Positions 15,101 to 28,692 of a DNA stretch of 64,000 bases are shown piece by piece. The DNA comes from the human T2T-CHM13v2.0 reference genome, Homo sapiens, in assembly GCF_009914755.1 (NCBI RefSeq), contig NC_060946.1; one strand, given 5' to 3'. Each line of letters begins with the position of its first letter. Positions within the stretch are counted from its first letter, which is position 1. A model generated the notes under the pieces. It was not told where the DNA came from. It saw only the letters and a list, made by a program, of their open reading frames with translations, and ran no database searches. The translations under genes and the position numbers were made by a program.

Positions 15101-16027
15101 AATAGGGCCAGTCTAGCACTAATATAATTGGAGTCCTAGAAAGAGTAGAGAAGTAAATGAGACAGAAAAAGCTATTTGAAAAAGTAAAGACCAAAAGTTT
15201 TCCTAATTGTCAGCATATATCAACTTACAGGTTTAAGAAACTCAAAGAACAGAATAAAAATAAAGAGAACCAAATGTAGACATACCATAGTCAAACCACT
15301 GGGCAAAAAAAAGAGTAAATCTTGAAAGTAGCTAAAGGGAGGGAGAAAATAATTTACATCCGTGGAAACAAATAGAGAGATGACCTGTCATCAGAAATGA
15401 CACTTTAAAAAGCAATGAAACTACATCTTCAAAAGAAAACTGTCAACTCCAAATTCTATAACTAGATAAAGTAATTCTTGAGAAAAGAAAGATTTATTCA
15501 GATAAAAGAAAGCTTCAAACAATTGTCATTAGCAGACCAAGATACAAGAAATGCAAACGGAAATTTTTTAGGCTAAAGAAAGATAACAACAGACGGAAAT
15601 TCTGACCTACAGGAAGCAAGGAGAAGCTCTAGGAATGGCATGTGCATAAACGTGAAAAACTAAGGCTTTTTTTTTTAGTTTTATAACAAACAACTGATGC
15701 TTTGAATAAAAAATTAAGTGTACTATTGATAATGTGTGTAAAATATTCTAAATTAATAGCTCTGACAGGAGACTAAACGCAACAATTTTGCCGCAACTTT
15801 TCCTTATGTTACATGAAAACGCTGACTATTAACACTAAGTGGACTGCGATAAGCCCAGGATGTTTATTATAATCCCTAGAGAACCACCACATTATATGAA
15901 GATATTCTTCTAAAATGCCAATAAAGGAATTAAAAGGGAACGCTGAATATTGTTCAGTTAATATAAAAAGGCATGAAAGAAAGAGGAGCAAAAAATGATG
16001 GAGCAAATAGAACATAAGAGCAAAATA

Positions 16028-16375
<348 letters not shown>

Positions 16376-17679
16376 TTAAATACTCCAAATAAAACACAGA
16401 TTGTCAAACTGGATAATAAAAGTACCTATAAGAGATGCATGCCAAATATTATGGTATAGATAAGTTGAGAGTAAAATAATTTCCAAGTATACCAAGGAAA
16501 CAACAAGGACAAGAAATCTTATGTGGCTATATTAATATAAGAAAAAGTAGACCTCCAAACGAGCAATATTACAACAGACAGCTATTTCATAATGACAAAA
16601 TGTCAAGTAATTATGAAGACATAATGCTGTATTGCTGACAGAATAACTAAAGAAAATTAAGATAAAATAATTTTGACAACAGCTTGACCTAATCGATATT
16701 GACCAAGACAATAGAATATATGTTCTATTATGCTACACATGAAACATTTATCAATAGGCTATAGACCACAAAATATCTCTCAAGAAGTTTCAAAACACTG
16801 TAATCATGGAAAGTATGCTTTCTGACCATAATGAAAATGAGTTGAAATGGGTAAAAACAAGCTACCCAGGAAAGTCTACACTATTGGAAGATTTAAATAC
16901 ACCTTAAAATGCCCTTTAGCTCAATGAAGAAATCATAAGAAACACCTTTAAATACATTGAACTGAATACAAATAAAAATATACTATATCAAAATGTATGG
17001 GATAAAGTTAAGCAGACCCAGAGTAAATTTTTTGTATAAATGCTTATTCTAGAAAAGAGAAGTTCAAAACAAGTGAACTAATTTCTACCTTAAAAAGAAA
17101 ATCTAAAACAAGAGAGCAAATTAAGTCCAAAACAAGTAGAGGAAAGGAAATAAAACAGAAATTAGAAATCAATGAGACAGAAAACAGAAACAGGAGAAAA
17201 TCAACATGGCCAAAAGTTAGTTCTGTGAGAAAGAAAGAAAACGCAAATTATACATATCAGGGATTAATGAGATTGTACAGTTGTAGACACAAGAGACATT
17301 AACAAGATAATGGAATATTGTGAAACATTATATACAAATTTTCATTACTTGGATGAAAGGGTGACTTCCTTGAAAAAACTTATAAAAAATTTCACAAGAT
17401 TTAATGGAACATAGGAAGTAATTGACATTTATTAAAGTAATTAAATTAATTGTAAAATACCTGCACATAAAAACATAAAATTAAATAAATAAAAAAATAA
17501 GCAAACCCCAGATCTAAAGAATTTCACTGGTGAATTCTTTCAAACGTTTAAAAAAAAATTAAATTTTTAAATTATTTCAGAAATAAAGAAGGGGGAAATT
17601 CCAAACTTGTTTTATGAGTCAGAATCCTGATACCAAAATTACAAAACCTAGGAATGCAAAATTGACTTCAACTTAAAGA

Positions 17680-18295
17680 GCTATCACCATTCTAATCTGT
17701 GATTCTAATGAATTTGGCTATCTTAGATACTTTATACAAGTGGAATCATACAGTTTGTCCTTCTGTGACTGATTTACTTTACTTAGCATTAATGTCCTCT
17801 AGGTTCATCCATGTTGCATATTGACGGGCTTTCTTGTTTTAAAGCTGAATAATATTCCGTTGTATGAATATACCACATTTTCTTTATCTTTTCATCTGCC
17901 AATAGACATTAACCTTATTCCCACATTTTAATTAGTGTAAATAATGCTGCAATGAGCCTGAGAATCATCCCAATCTCCATTCTTTCAGATAAATAACCTG
18001 AAGTGAGACTACTAGATCATATGCTAGTTCTACTTTCTTAATTTATTTGAGGAACCACCGTACTGTTTTCCATAGAGGATGCACAGTTTTACTTTCCCAG
18101 AAACACTGTAGAAGTGTTCCAATTTCTCCCCATTGTTAACACTCGTTATCTTTTTCTTTTAATAAGACCATTCTAAAGGGCTTGAGGCAATATCTCTTTG
18201 TGGTTTTGATTTGCATTTCCCTGATTAGTGATGCTGAGCATTTTTTTCATGTATCTGTTGGTCATGTGGATATTTTCTTTGGAGAAATATCTATT
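17680..18295 (-). mobile_element. L1MA/L1MB 3' fragment
   Basis: GTGGAATCATACAG, AGGTTCATCCATGTTG, GTGGTTTTGATTTGCATTTCCCTGA. Confidence 0.8.
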
Positions 18296-19489
18296 GCTGA
18301 TTTAAAAAAAAAAACTCTCAGCAAGCTAGATAAAGAAATTTTCTCGAAGTGATGGAAAGCATCCACAACAAAACATATAAACAATACTATATTTAATGGT
18401 GAAAGCGTAAATGTTTAAACCACATAGATTAGGACAAGAAAGAGATGTGTGTGTTCATCACCTCTATTCAACATTGTACTGGTGATCCTAGATTTTGAGT
18501 ATAAATATTTAGGGGACAACTATTGTCACTGAAGCCCAAATCTTGGTCATCCTCAGAAAAAAAAAAAAGTTGATTAGGTTGTATATAATCTAATTTTACT
18601 TGCTAATTTAATTTCTCTAAAATTGCAGCTTGTATCAACTCTAGAATTTATTGGGCACCTCCTAGGACATAAACACTGGAATTTGGTGAGAGACGTCAAA
18701 TAGGAAAGAACCTGGCTCTGACATAAATTCAACACACGGAGGGGGACACATGTTATGAGACTGACCTGGCCTCTTCATCTCATAAAAGGGGTTCTTGTTG
18801 CTTGTAACACAGATTAAAACTATTTCAATTACATTCAAGATAAAAAGATTAGCAATGGTATGTAAGATGAAAAAATCACCCCGCAGGAAGACGAAAGTCT
18901 CACAAAAGGATATTTAAGCTAGCCAACACTTTGAAATTCAGGCAGAGATCGTGATTTCTGGGTGAACTAAAGTAGCAAGAACAAAGTAGAGGCTCCAATT
19001 CTAGGAAAAATGGGTCCTAATAAGGTTTACAATCCAGAAACTCAAGATATCCAGACAGAAGGATGCAGTCTCCGCTTTCAAGGCAGCAGCAGTACCTGGA
19101 TTACTAAGCCAATCCCCAACACAATCATAAACACAAATTTGATTGAGGAAGAAGCTTGCCCACCAGAAGATTTAGGTTATTACAAGGTAGAATGTGATAG
19201 AGAAAATGAGCATGGGACTGGAAAGAAAAGGAGGTAGCCCCATGATTACAACTGGAATATATCTGTCAGCGATGGTGCGGAAATAAGACTGAAGAGAGAG
19301 ATCCTTAAACCCCACGTGCCTTACATCAGGACTAATCCTGGACACAGGCTGGAAAGCATAGCCTACAGGTGGTGAGGCAGGAGGAGTGGGCTCAGCTGTG
19401 AGAAGGAGAAGGAAATATGGCTGAAAACTAGATAGGGGTCTTGAAATCACACCGAGGATTTGGGCCTTTGCTGCTATCTGCCAGCAGCT

Positions 19490-19620
19490 GCCAGTAGTTC
19501 TCACACTTTGGCTGGCAACAAAATCACCTGGGGCAGTGGTGCGGAAGCGGGGGGAGTGTTGTAAAACCACAAGTGACCAGGCAAAAAACACCTGTATGTT
19601 TTCCAATTCAGTAAGTACAG
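19490..19620. mobile_element. MER5A-like fragment
   Basis: CCAGTAGTTCTCACACTTTGGCT...AATCACCTGGGG terminal motif. Confidence 0.5.
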
Positions 19621-20709
19621 AAATATTAATTGGAAAAAGGTGGAGGTCAGACATTGATAGTGCTGTGGACTGCTCCAGGGACGTAAGCATGATCTTTAGA
19701 GAGGTGACTCTAATCAATTGAGGGCAACCACTGGACAGAAAGAGGTCCAGACCAACCATACACAGAGACATCATACAACTACACTTTAGCAACCTCTCCA
19801 AATAACATGTCTCTTAGTGAAACTTGGGAGGTTGCAAGTTAAAAACATAAAATCCAGTGGCATTTATGTATCCTAGGCACTTACATTTGTCTGATTCTTC
19901 CAACTTGCCTTTGCTTGGTTAGAGTTTTGGGTAGATAAGAGGTGGATTTACATGTGCTAGTGTGAGAACTTTGATACACTCATTTAGACATTGACCTACT
20001 ATCTTGTTTGAAAGCTAAAACCCAAAGAAATTTGTCTTTTTACATAAAACAAATTCAGCCCTTGCCTTCCTTGTAGATTACATCTTCCACTAGCAGTAAT
20101 AAAAAAGTAACAATATGCATAAGTCAAAGTATCTTCTTAGATCCTCTGTAGTGTTTTATTATTTAGTTGTATTAATTAAAGTAACTGTCTCAAAATTTCA
20201 AGGAATGCCTGAGAAGAAATTCATGTTCAAAGGCTGCCCTCTTGTGACAATGTGTTGTATGCTTTACTGTAAAAGTAACCTTATTTTACCTTATAACCTC
20301 TACAATCCAATTCATAACAGCATAAAAAGGAAACAAAACCTTACATAATTTTGAATTTTAAAAAGTACCTTGTTTATATGGCTCCTTTAGCTAATGAATA
20401 GTCAATTTGGTAAATATTCCAGTGAGTTGAAGGTTTTAATCTATCTCACTTAACTAGCTTGATGAATGTATTTCTAAACCTATACAACCCACTCCTCTGC
20501 TTTTAAAAAATTAAAGTTAGCTGTAGATTGAGATGTCAGTGACACAGTTTATAGAACATAACTTAGATTGTCATCTACATTACTGTAACTACAAATACCA
20601 CCTTCAGATGGAAGAATAAGTTTTATCAGTGAACATCTCTAATTGAACTATAAATGGTGTATGTCTTCTGGTTTTTACAAGCTCTTGGTCTAACACAGGG
20701 GATATATGA

Positions 20710-21043
<334 letters not shown>

Positions 21044-21619
21044 TAGCAGTGACTATAATGTTTTGTGATGTTAAACTTTGAGAGCTTTTTTTTTTCTTTC
21101 TTTTCCCAAGTGCCTTTCCCAGTTCCAGGAGCAGAGTTATTCTAAGCCCACTGATGTAAAGGAATAGAAAGAAAAGGTTTGTTGGAAAACCTAATAACCT
21201 GCTTTCTGTCTTTTGTTTTTTAAAAGCTTGAGCATTTGGGAGAATTTGGAAAGATTGTGGAGTAAGTGCAAAGAAGGAATTTGCTAACAAAAATCATATA
21301 AGGTAAAATGAGTTTTTTCCAGGTTAGAAAATATCCACTCCCTACCCTCCTACATTCCTTTCCCATGGTTAAGAAGAGGAAAAAACAAAGGCCTCTTGGT
21401 GAGCAGTGGTGACTTAGGCAGTTTCTTAGAAATATTCTAGAAGGCATAGTCATCTTTTAAAAAAAAAAATAGCTACAAGGATATGTCTAAGCAGAAGGGT
21501 CCATGGGCCAAATTACGTGTAGATTTTTGCATTCCAAATATGGTAAAGAAGAAGCAGGAAGCTGGGGCTCCTTAACAGGTCACACAGAAATGGACAAGGA
21601 AGAGGCCAGCAGCAGCTTG

Positions 21620-22085
21620 TGGGGACAAGATGTCAAGCCCCAAATGTTAAACCCACCAACCATCCTCCAAATTCTGGCTCTGTTTAACAAGGCTGTGGTC
21701 TGACACTACATGCCGCCTCAGTGACTAAAGCATAATTTCCCGTCTCCTGGGAGTGTTGACAGCTGACTCCTGGCAACAATACTCACAGCACAGTAAAGTT
21801 CCTTCATCCAAGTTCATGTCCCTTCTCAAGGCATCCCACATCCGAGAACTGCTTGGTACAGAAATATAATGGCCTGGTTTTCTTGCTCCAATTCGAGGTC
21901 TTTAGGTAAACTCACCAAGATCTTGTAGAGTGGACTGCGGCCATGATAGTGATTGCATTCCAGCCGACTTCCTGCTCCACCCAATCCTATTGCTTTCACT
22001 CTTCCACAGGTGTTGGGAATATCATTTCAACCTCCTTGCATGCAAATCTCCAACTCGGACTCGGCTTCCTAGGACACCTGACTGG
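21620..22085 (+). mobile_element. LTR16-like ERVL LTR
   Basis: CTCCTGGGAGTGTTGACAGCTGAC and 3' CCTTGCATGCAAATCTCC...GGCTTCCTAGG. Confidence 0.6.
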
Positions 22086-23398
22086 TGATATCTCTATCAC
22101 TATCACAGTACTTAGAGGGGAGCATCTTAAAATGATTGAAGGCTAACTGCCCTAACAGCACAGACAGATGATGGCTTAAAATAGAATTTAAGTGGATTTA
22201 AAAAAACATGAAAAAAGTTGACATTGCACGCTCATATGAGCTTATGGATCAAACCATGTGTATGATTTCTAAGATCCCTCGTGCAGTATATATTTGCACT
22301 GTTTATAAATGACATCCCCTTGAATTGAATTCAGTGCAATTCAAAACAGTAATTTGTGGGAAAAATTAGATATGCAGATAGCCTGGACTCTAGAGAAGCA
22401 CACATCATTTGGAGAATAATAGTGAACCGGCTAGTCTATGAGGGAAGAAAACAGAGTGAATATAGACTATTAGTGAACAAGGATATTTTCCCATGTATAT
22501 TCAAATTAAGGTGAACTTCTTTAGAGAATTGTGCCTTAGAAAGAAAAAGTATTTCCCTGTATTTGAGTCCTCACAAGTTTTCCTACGATGAGTGCTTTTG
22601 TGATTATTTTGAATAACAAAGTAATATTTAAAGAAACTCTCTTGCCCTGAATGTACTTTAATTTATGTCAATTGATGTTGCATATAGAGATCATCAGAGT
22701 CAAGCTACAAGAAAAAGAGGAACATAACTTAGCAAAGACTTAGAGGATTAGTCCTAATAGTGTGAAATCAAAATTTCAAGTGAGGGAATAAATGCAGCTT
22801 TTAATGATTACTTAAATGAAGTTTAACTCTAGCAGGATCTACAAGAAATTGGCAACCTTTGGCTTCAGTAACAGAAACTCAGGATATATGCCCTTCAGTG
22901 AGTTTGCATTCTGCATCATATTGAGAGACACTCCTTTAAACAGCAATAAGAAACTTCCTGTGACAACATAATAAATTCAAAAAGTTCTGTAACTCAGACA
23001 GTTTAGATAGAAGTGATAACTTTGGCCTATAAAGCCCTGTTCACCCTAAAGATGGATTAAACAATGAAAAAGATATTGATATCAAAAGTTCAATCAGTAA
23101 TTTGATTAAAGCATTTCATTAAATGTGATAATTTCTTAGTATATTATCTTACATATGCAATATTCATGTGTAACAAATTATATACAAGTAAACATTTGAC
23201 CATATTATCTGCAGCATAATTTACATATCAATTTACATATTCAGTTTTGCTCACATGAAAACTTGGATCTTCTCAATAAGAAAATTTGTGAAATCTTTAA
23301 TTCCTCATCCCCAGGAATGTAAATAAATAAATATAAATACTGTAAGTCAGTGATTTTTTCCTAGGAAGACAGTAAAAATACTTTACACGCCTTCTCAT

Positions 23399-23896
23399 TG
23401 TAAACCTAAATAACAAACAGAGAAAGGCTCTCTAAAGGAAAAAGACACATCTTAGAGAGGAGGGCACTGCAATGGGAATATGCATGACAAAGCAAACTAT
23501 ATAGATTCAAATGGTAAAGGAAGACAAGGTCTTTAAAAGAAAAATGATCAACCTGGAAGTATGGGGGAGTAGAAAAAAATAAATAAGGGAAAAATGAAGA
23601 GGCTTCTATAATTGTTTTGATATAGTTACCTTTGACTATAAAGATCAACAACAAGGTCAATATCAGTTGAAGTTTGGGCAGGCGGTTGCTGGATAGATGT
23701 CCTCACAGAAGTGTATTTTGTGTAAGGTTGCTATGGCCTTTGTGCAAGGTTGTGGTTTTTGTGGTATTTTGTAATAGTTTTTATCAGGCCTAGAAGCATG
23801 AGAACCCTCTCTTCAAGGCCTTCTCTGAATCTATTTGTTCAGGTTTCTTCTTCTCTTTTTAAACATTAGTGACAGTTTTGATTCTGATAACTTTCA
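23399..23896 (-). mobile_element. MER31/MER67-type ERV1 solo LTR
   Basis: TG...CA ends; reverse strand starts TGAAAGTTATCAGAATCAAAA; GGCCTTTGTGCAAGGTTGTGG. Confidence 0.75.
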
Positions 23897-24155
23897 TATC
23901 ATGATCCCTAATTTCAAAAAAAATTAAACGTGTAACTTATTTATGATGTATTTGATAGGCTTGGATTTGTGAATCACCTCTACTATCTATAGTGGTAGAT
24001 ATATCTGAGCCTGCTTACACAGGACTTCCATCAGATTCTCTCTTCAGTGGAATTGGAAGAGGGGGTTTTGGAGAAGGGAATGAAGGAATTGTGCTGCATC
24101 AGAGGTCCCCACCTAACAGCACAGGGCCTTTTTCTGTGCTCTTGCCAGGCCGTTG

Positions 24156-24202
24156 TATTGGCTGATGCAAAAGTAATTTTGGTTTTGTCATTGAAAGTAA
24201 TG
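24156..24202. mobile_element. Half MADE1 (mariner MITE)
   Basis: GATGCAAAAGTAATT..GGTTTTGTCATTGAAAGTAATG. Confidence 0.7.
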
Positions 24203-24614
24203 AGACCATCTGACTTACAATGTCTGTGCCATAACCAGCTCCTAATAGCCTCCGAGGACAGCTTTGCCCTGACATATACTGTCCTGGGACCACGTCTGCT
24301 TTGTAACTCCTGAGGTAGCTGCCACCATGACCAATGCCTTCTCATCTTTACTCTACATGCAGGTAACAGTTATAATTATATCTCTGTGTATTCACAGAAC
24401 ATTTAGTACATCTGGGACTTCTACAAAATTTCCCTAGCTGATTTTGGTGTTCTGGGGTACTGGCAGCTCTAGCCATGAAGGGATGATGCTTTATCAGCAT
24501 TTCTGTTGAGTTTTTTGCTTTTTCTCAAAAACTGATTCCACTTTTCCCACATACGTTTGACAATTCATTTGAACTCATTTATTCTAAACCCATTATTTCT
24601 GGTCTATTATTTAA

Positions 24615-24785
24615 TAGGAAGGGAGGCGAGGGATAAAAGATTACAAATAGGGTGCAGTGTACACTGCTCGGGTGATGGGTGCACTCAAATCTCACAAATC
24701 TCCAGTAAAGAACTTACCCATGGAACCAAATACCACCGTACCCCAATAACCTATGGAAAAAAATAAAAAATAAAGTAAAAAAGAG
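24615..24785 (+). mobile_element. L1PB 3' end
   Basis: GGGATAAAAGATTACAAATAGGGTGCAGTGTACACTGCTCGGGTGATGG...AACCTATGGAAAAAA. Confidence 0.85.
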
Positions 24786-25129
24786 TCAGAAAGAAAGAAA
24801 ATAATCACTGTACTTCCCAAGACACTTAGAAATGGTGACTAGCATTATTTGTAAGTGTCACCTAATAATATTATTATTTTTTCTTTATGCTACAAACTAG
24901 CTCTGATATTACAATCACTACTATTTGAAGTGTTACTAAATTAAATTAAATGTATTGTATCCTTCTGGACTCAGAAATGGGGGTAAATGCTAAGACAATT
25001 TCAGAATATGATCACATATTAAAAGCATATTATATGGGGAAAATTTGATTTTTAAAAAATAGAAATTGGTAGAGAAACAATTTTTGGGTCTTTAATGTAC
25101 GCACATTTTGCAAGTATGGACGCTGAATT

Positions 25130-25385
25130 TATTGTTCCAAATGATTGTTTTCAAGCATGTTTGTATAGAAAACAGCCTTGGAATAGAAAACCAGTACCTC
25201 CTTCTGGAACAAAGGAAAAGTTTATTTACTGTCTAGTATAATGCAGATAATTTCTCCCTCTTGGGAAGCATACAGCCAAGTGAACTTCCAATAACACAAG
25301 TTGGGGTTTCTTGAGCTTGGGTTTTTCTTCCACAGTGTAATGTGCAGGTGCCACTTGGCTCTCTTTGTGTTATCCTGCGAAAGCT
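25130..25385 (+). mobile_element. Old ERVL LTR fragment (MER54/73/74-like)
   Basis: GTTTGTATAGAAAACAGCCTTGGAA...TCCTTCTGGAACAAAGG. Confidence 0.4.
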
Positions 25386-25389
25386 GATG

Positions 25390-26180
25390 GCTATAGGTGC
25401 ATGTGTTTATTTTGGGTTTCTCTATTATGTTTCATTGGTCTTTGTGTCTGTTTTCATATCAGTACCATGTTATTTTGTCTACTGTGGCCTTAGGGTATAG
25501 TATGAAGTCAAGTAATGTGATGTCTCCAGCTTTGTTCTTCTTGCTTAGATTTCCTTTGGTTGTCTGGGCTCTTTAAAAATCCATATGAAATTTAGAATAT
25601 TTTTTTTTTCTGATTCTGTGAAAAACGACATTGGTTGTTTCATAGGAATAGTGTTGAATGTGTAGATTGCTTTTGGCAGTATAGCCATTTTAACAATATT
25701 GATCTTTCTAATCCATGAGCATGGAATGGTTTTCCATTTGTTTCGAGATCTATGATTTCTTTCTGCAGTGTTTTGTAGTTCTCCTTTTAGATATCCTTTA
25801 CCTCCTTGGTTAGACATATTCTTCCTTTATTTTATTTTATTTTGGGGGTTGCTGTTGTAAACAGGATTGCACTCTTGATTTACCTTTCAGTTTAAACATT
25901 TTTGGTGAACAGAAATGCTACTTCTTTTTATAGGTTGTTTTTTTTTTTATCCTGAAAGTTTGCTGAAGTTTTTTTTATCAGTTCTAGGAGCCTTTTGGCA
26001 CAGTCTTTAGGGATTTCTAGGTGTAGAATCATATCATCAGTGAAGAGAGATAATTTGACTTCATTTCCTATTTGGATGCTTTTTATCGCTTTCTCTTGCC
26101 TGCTTGCTCTGACTAGGACTTGTTAAACAGGAGTGGGGAGAACAGGCATCCCTATTTTATTCCTGTTCATAAGGGGAATG
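25390..26180 (-). mobile_element. L1PB/late-L1PA ORF2 fragment; host of the HML-1 provirus
   Basis: Translation [26 protein letters not shown] (ORF 25545-25817); stops at AAGGGGAATG at the LTR edge. Confidence 0.9.
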
Positions 26181-26467
26181 TGTTGGGAGAAAAGCTGAGT
26201 GTTGGAAGACAAGCTGAGGCAGGGCCATATGTTTCTCATTCACTTGATACACCATTTCCTTTCAACCCCCACATCCTCACCACCTGTTTCTTTGTTTGAG
26301 CACCAACAAATAGCGTGGGCTCCCAGAGCTTGGGGACTTTGCAGACTCCATACTCGTGATGGTCTCCTGGTCCCACTTTCTCTCTCAAACTGTCTTTTTC
26401 TCATTCCTTTGACTCTGCCGGACTTCATCACCCCCATGACCAAGTGTTGGGTCTGATCACCCCAACA
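26181..26467 (+). mobile_element. 5' LTR of HERV-K(HML-1), LTR14A-like, with a probable internal deletion
   Basis: TGTTGGGAGAAAAGCTGAG...CTGATCACCCCAACA; followed by a PBS. Confidence 0.8.
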
Positions 26468-26471
26468 TTCC

Positions 26472-26489
26472 TGGCGCCCAACATAGGGT
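26472..26489 (+). other. tRNA-Lys primer binding site
   Basis: TGGCGCCCAACATAGGGT, 4 nt after the LTR; near-complement of the tRNA-Lys 3' end. Confidence 0.85.
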
Positions 26490-28245
26490 GACAAAGACCC
26501 GGTGAAGGAAGGCTAGAGCATATGAAAGCAGAGGACACATCATCAAAAGACACCCGAGGACATACAAAGATGGGGAGTGAAAGTTAGTACTTAGAATTTG
26601 TTATTACTCTTTAGTACAGTAAAGCAGTTTTGCCCATGGTTTCCAGAACAAAGGACTATGCAGTTGGATGAATGGGAGAGAATTGGAAGAGATTTTTAAT
26701 AGGCATATAAAGATGGAGCAGAAATTCCAGTTTATATATGGTCAGTGTGGGCACTAATAAAGGCAGCCCTTGAGCCATTTCAAACAGATGATGAGGCAGA
26801 TTCAGATGAGGAAGAGGAGGATGAGTGTAAAAAACTAACTTCAAATTCTGAGTGTGAGGAGCAGCTACCGGAGGAGATTAAAGAAAAGAAAGAAAAACTT
26901 TAAAAAGTATGTTTTACTAGCCCGTTGGCTCCACCTGCTGAATTAAGTGAATGGCCACCTCCTCTCTCTCCCCTAAATGGGTGAGAAAATAAATTAGCTG
27001 AAAAACTTACTGCTCCTGTAGTTACAACATTAAAACCTGGAGCAGTTGGTGGTGCTAGACAAAATTCTATTCAAAAAGCTAAAGCCAAGGGAGACCTTGA
27101 AGCATGGCAATTTCCCGTTACTATAATCCAGCAAGTAGGACAGAATATAGCTAATTAGCCTGCTTTTTCTTCTAAGTTACTAAAGAATTTAAGCAAGCCA
27201 TTAGTCAATATGGACTGAACTGTCTTTTTGTGCAATCTTTATTAAAAAATATGGCTCTTGATAATACATTACTACCATATAATTAGGATACTTTGACAAA
27301 ACCTGTTCTCACTCCCATCTCAGTACTTGCAGTTTAAAACTTGGTAGGCTGATGAACTCAAACTCAGGCAAAAGAAAACACACACGTGCAGCCACCTGTG
27401 CCTGTTTTCTTTGATCAGTTAATATGAGTTGGTCCTAACTGGGGTTGATTAGAGAATCAAGCAGTAATGGAAGATGTTGCCATTATTCAGCTGTGCTTCA
27501 TGTGCTTACATGCATAGAAAAGGATAAATGTTACAGGGGAAAAGTATCCTTATTTAAGTTCTGTCTGACAAGGACCTAAAGAACCATATATTAATTCTAT
27601 TGCTCAGCTCCAAGAGGCTGTGTATAAAGCCGTAAATGATCAAAACAGCTCAGGATGTTGTAATACAGCTTCTTGCATACAATAATGCTAATGCAGAGTG
27701 TCAAACTGCTATTAGATATCTGAGAGAGAAGGCTAATTTAACTAAATATATTAAGTCTTGCGATGGCATTGGAGGTAACTTACATAAGGCTATTCTTTTA
27801 GCTCAGGCTATGGCTAGATTAAGAGTAAGAAAAAATATGCTTCATTTCTCAGGCTCTTGCCTTAATTGTGGGCAAATTGGACACAAGAAAGGAATGTAGA
27901 AAGGAATTCAAAAGACGAAAACTACTACCATGAATCAACAGAAAAGACCCAGTGTATGTCCCTGGTGTAAGAAAGGCAATCACTAGGCAAGTCCGTGTCA
28001 TTCTAAATTTAGCAAAGATAGACAACCTCTTTGAGGAAATAGGAAGAGGGACCCGCCTCAAGCCCCTCAACAAACTGAGGCATACCCAGCACAGCCACTG
28101 CCCTTACAAATGTACAGCAATTGTCCCCCGCCTCAGCAAGCAGTGCTGCTGTAGACCTCTACAGCACAATTCCCATCTCCTTACTTCCTGGGGAGCCACG
28201 AAAGAAGGTCCCCACAGGAGTTAGGGCACCCTTACCCTGAGGAAC
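26490..28245 (+). pseudogene. gag: HERV-K(HML-1) gag and start of dUTPase/pro, multiply disrupted
   Basis: Matrix motif KQFCPWFPEQ; capsid LLAYNNANAECQ; Zn knuckles CLNCGQIGH and CPWCKKGNH; dUTPase SLLPGEPRKKVPTGV; many stops and frameshifts. Confidence 0.85.
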
Positions 28246-28692
28246 TGTTGGGAACAAGCCCCCACAAATCCGGCCATAAACTGGCCCCAAAACTGGCCAT
28301 AAACAAAATCTCTGCAGCACTGTGACATGTTCTTGATGGCCATAACACCCACGCTGGAAGGTTGTGGGTTTACCAGAATGAGGACAAGGAATACCTGGCC
28401 CGTCCAGGGTGGAAAACCACTTAAAGGCATTCTTAAGCCACAAACAATAGCATGAGTGATCTGTGCCTTAAGAATAAGGGATACTTTTAGTTAATCTAAT
28501 ATCTATAGAAACAATGCTAATGACTGGCTTGCTGTTAATAAATACGTGGGTAAATCTCTGTTCAGGGCTCTCAGCTCTGAAGGCTGTGAGACCCCTGATT
28601 TCCCACTTCACACCTCTATATTTCAGTGTGTGTGTCTTTAATTCCTCTAGTGCTGCTGGGTTAGGGTCTCCCCAACCGACCTGGTCTCAGCA
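28246..28692 (+). mobile_element. MER9 5' LTR of HERV-K(HML-3)
   Basis: TGTTGGGAACAAGCCCC...GGCCATAAACTGGCCCCAAAACTGGCCATAAAC...GGTCTCAGCA; AATAAA; Lys-like PBS TGGTGCCCA at 28695. Confidence 0.9.

Noticed and set aside
19172-19801. 209-aa ORF
   Set aside because: Non-ATG start, no recognisable domain, crosses a MER5-like fragment
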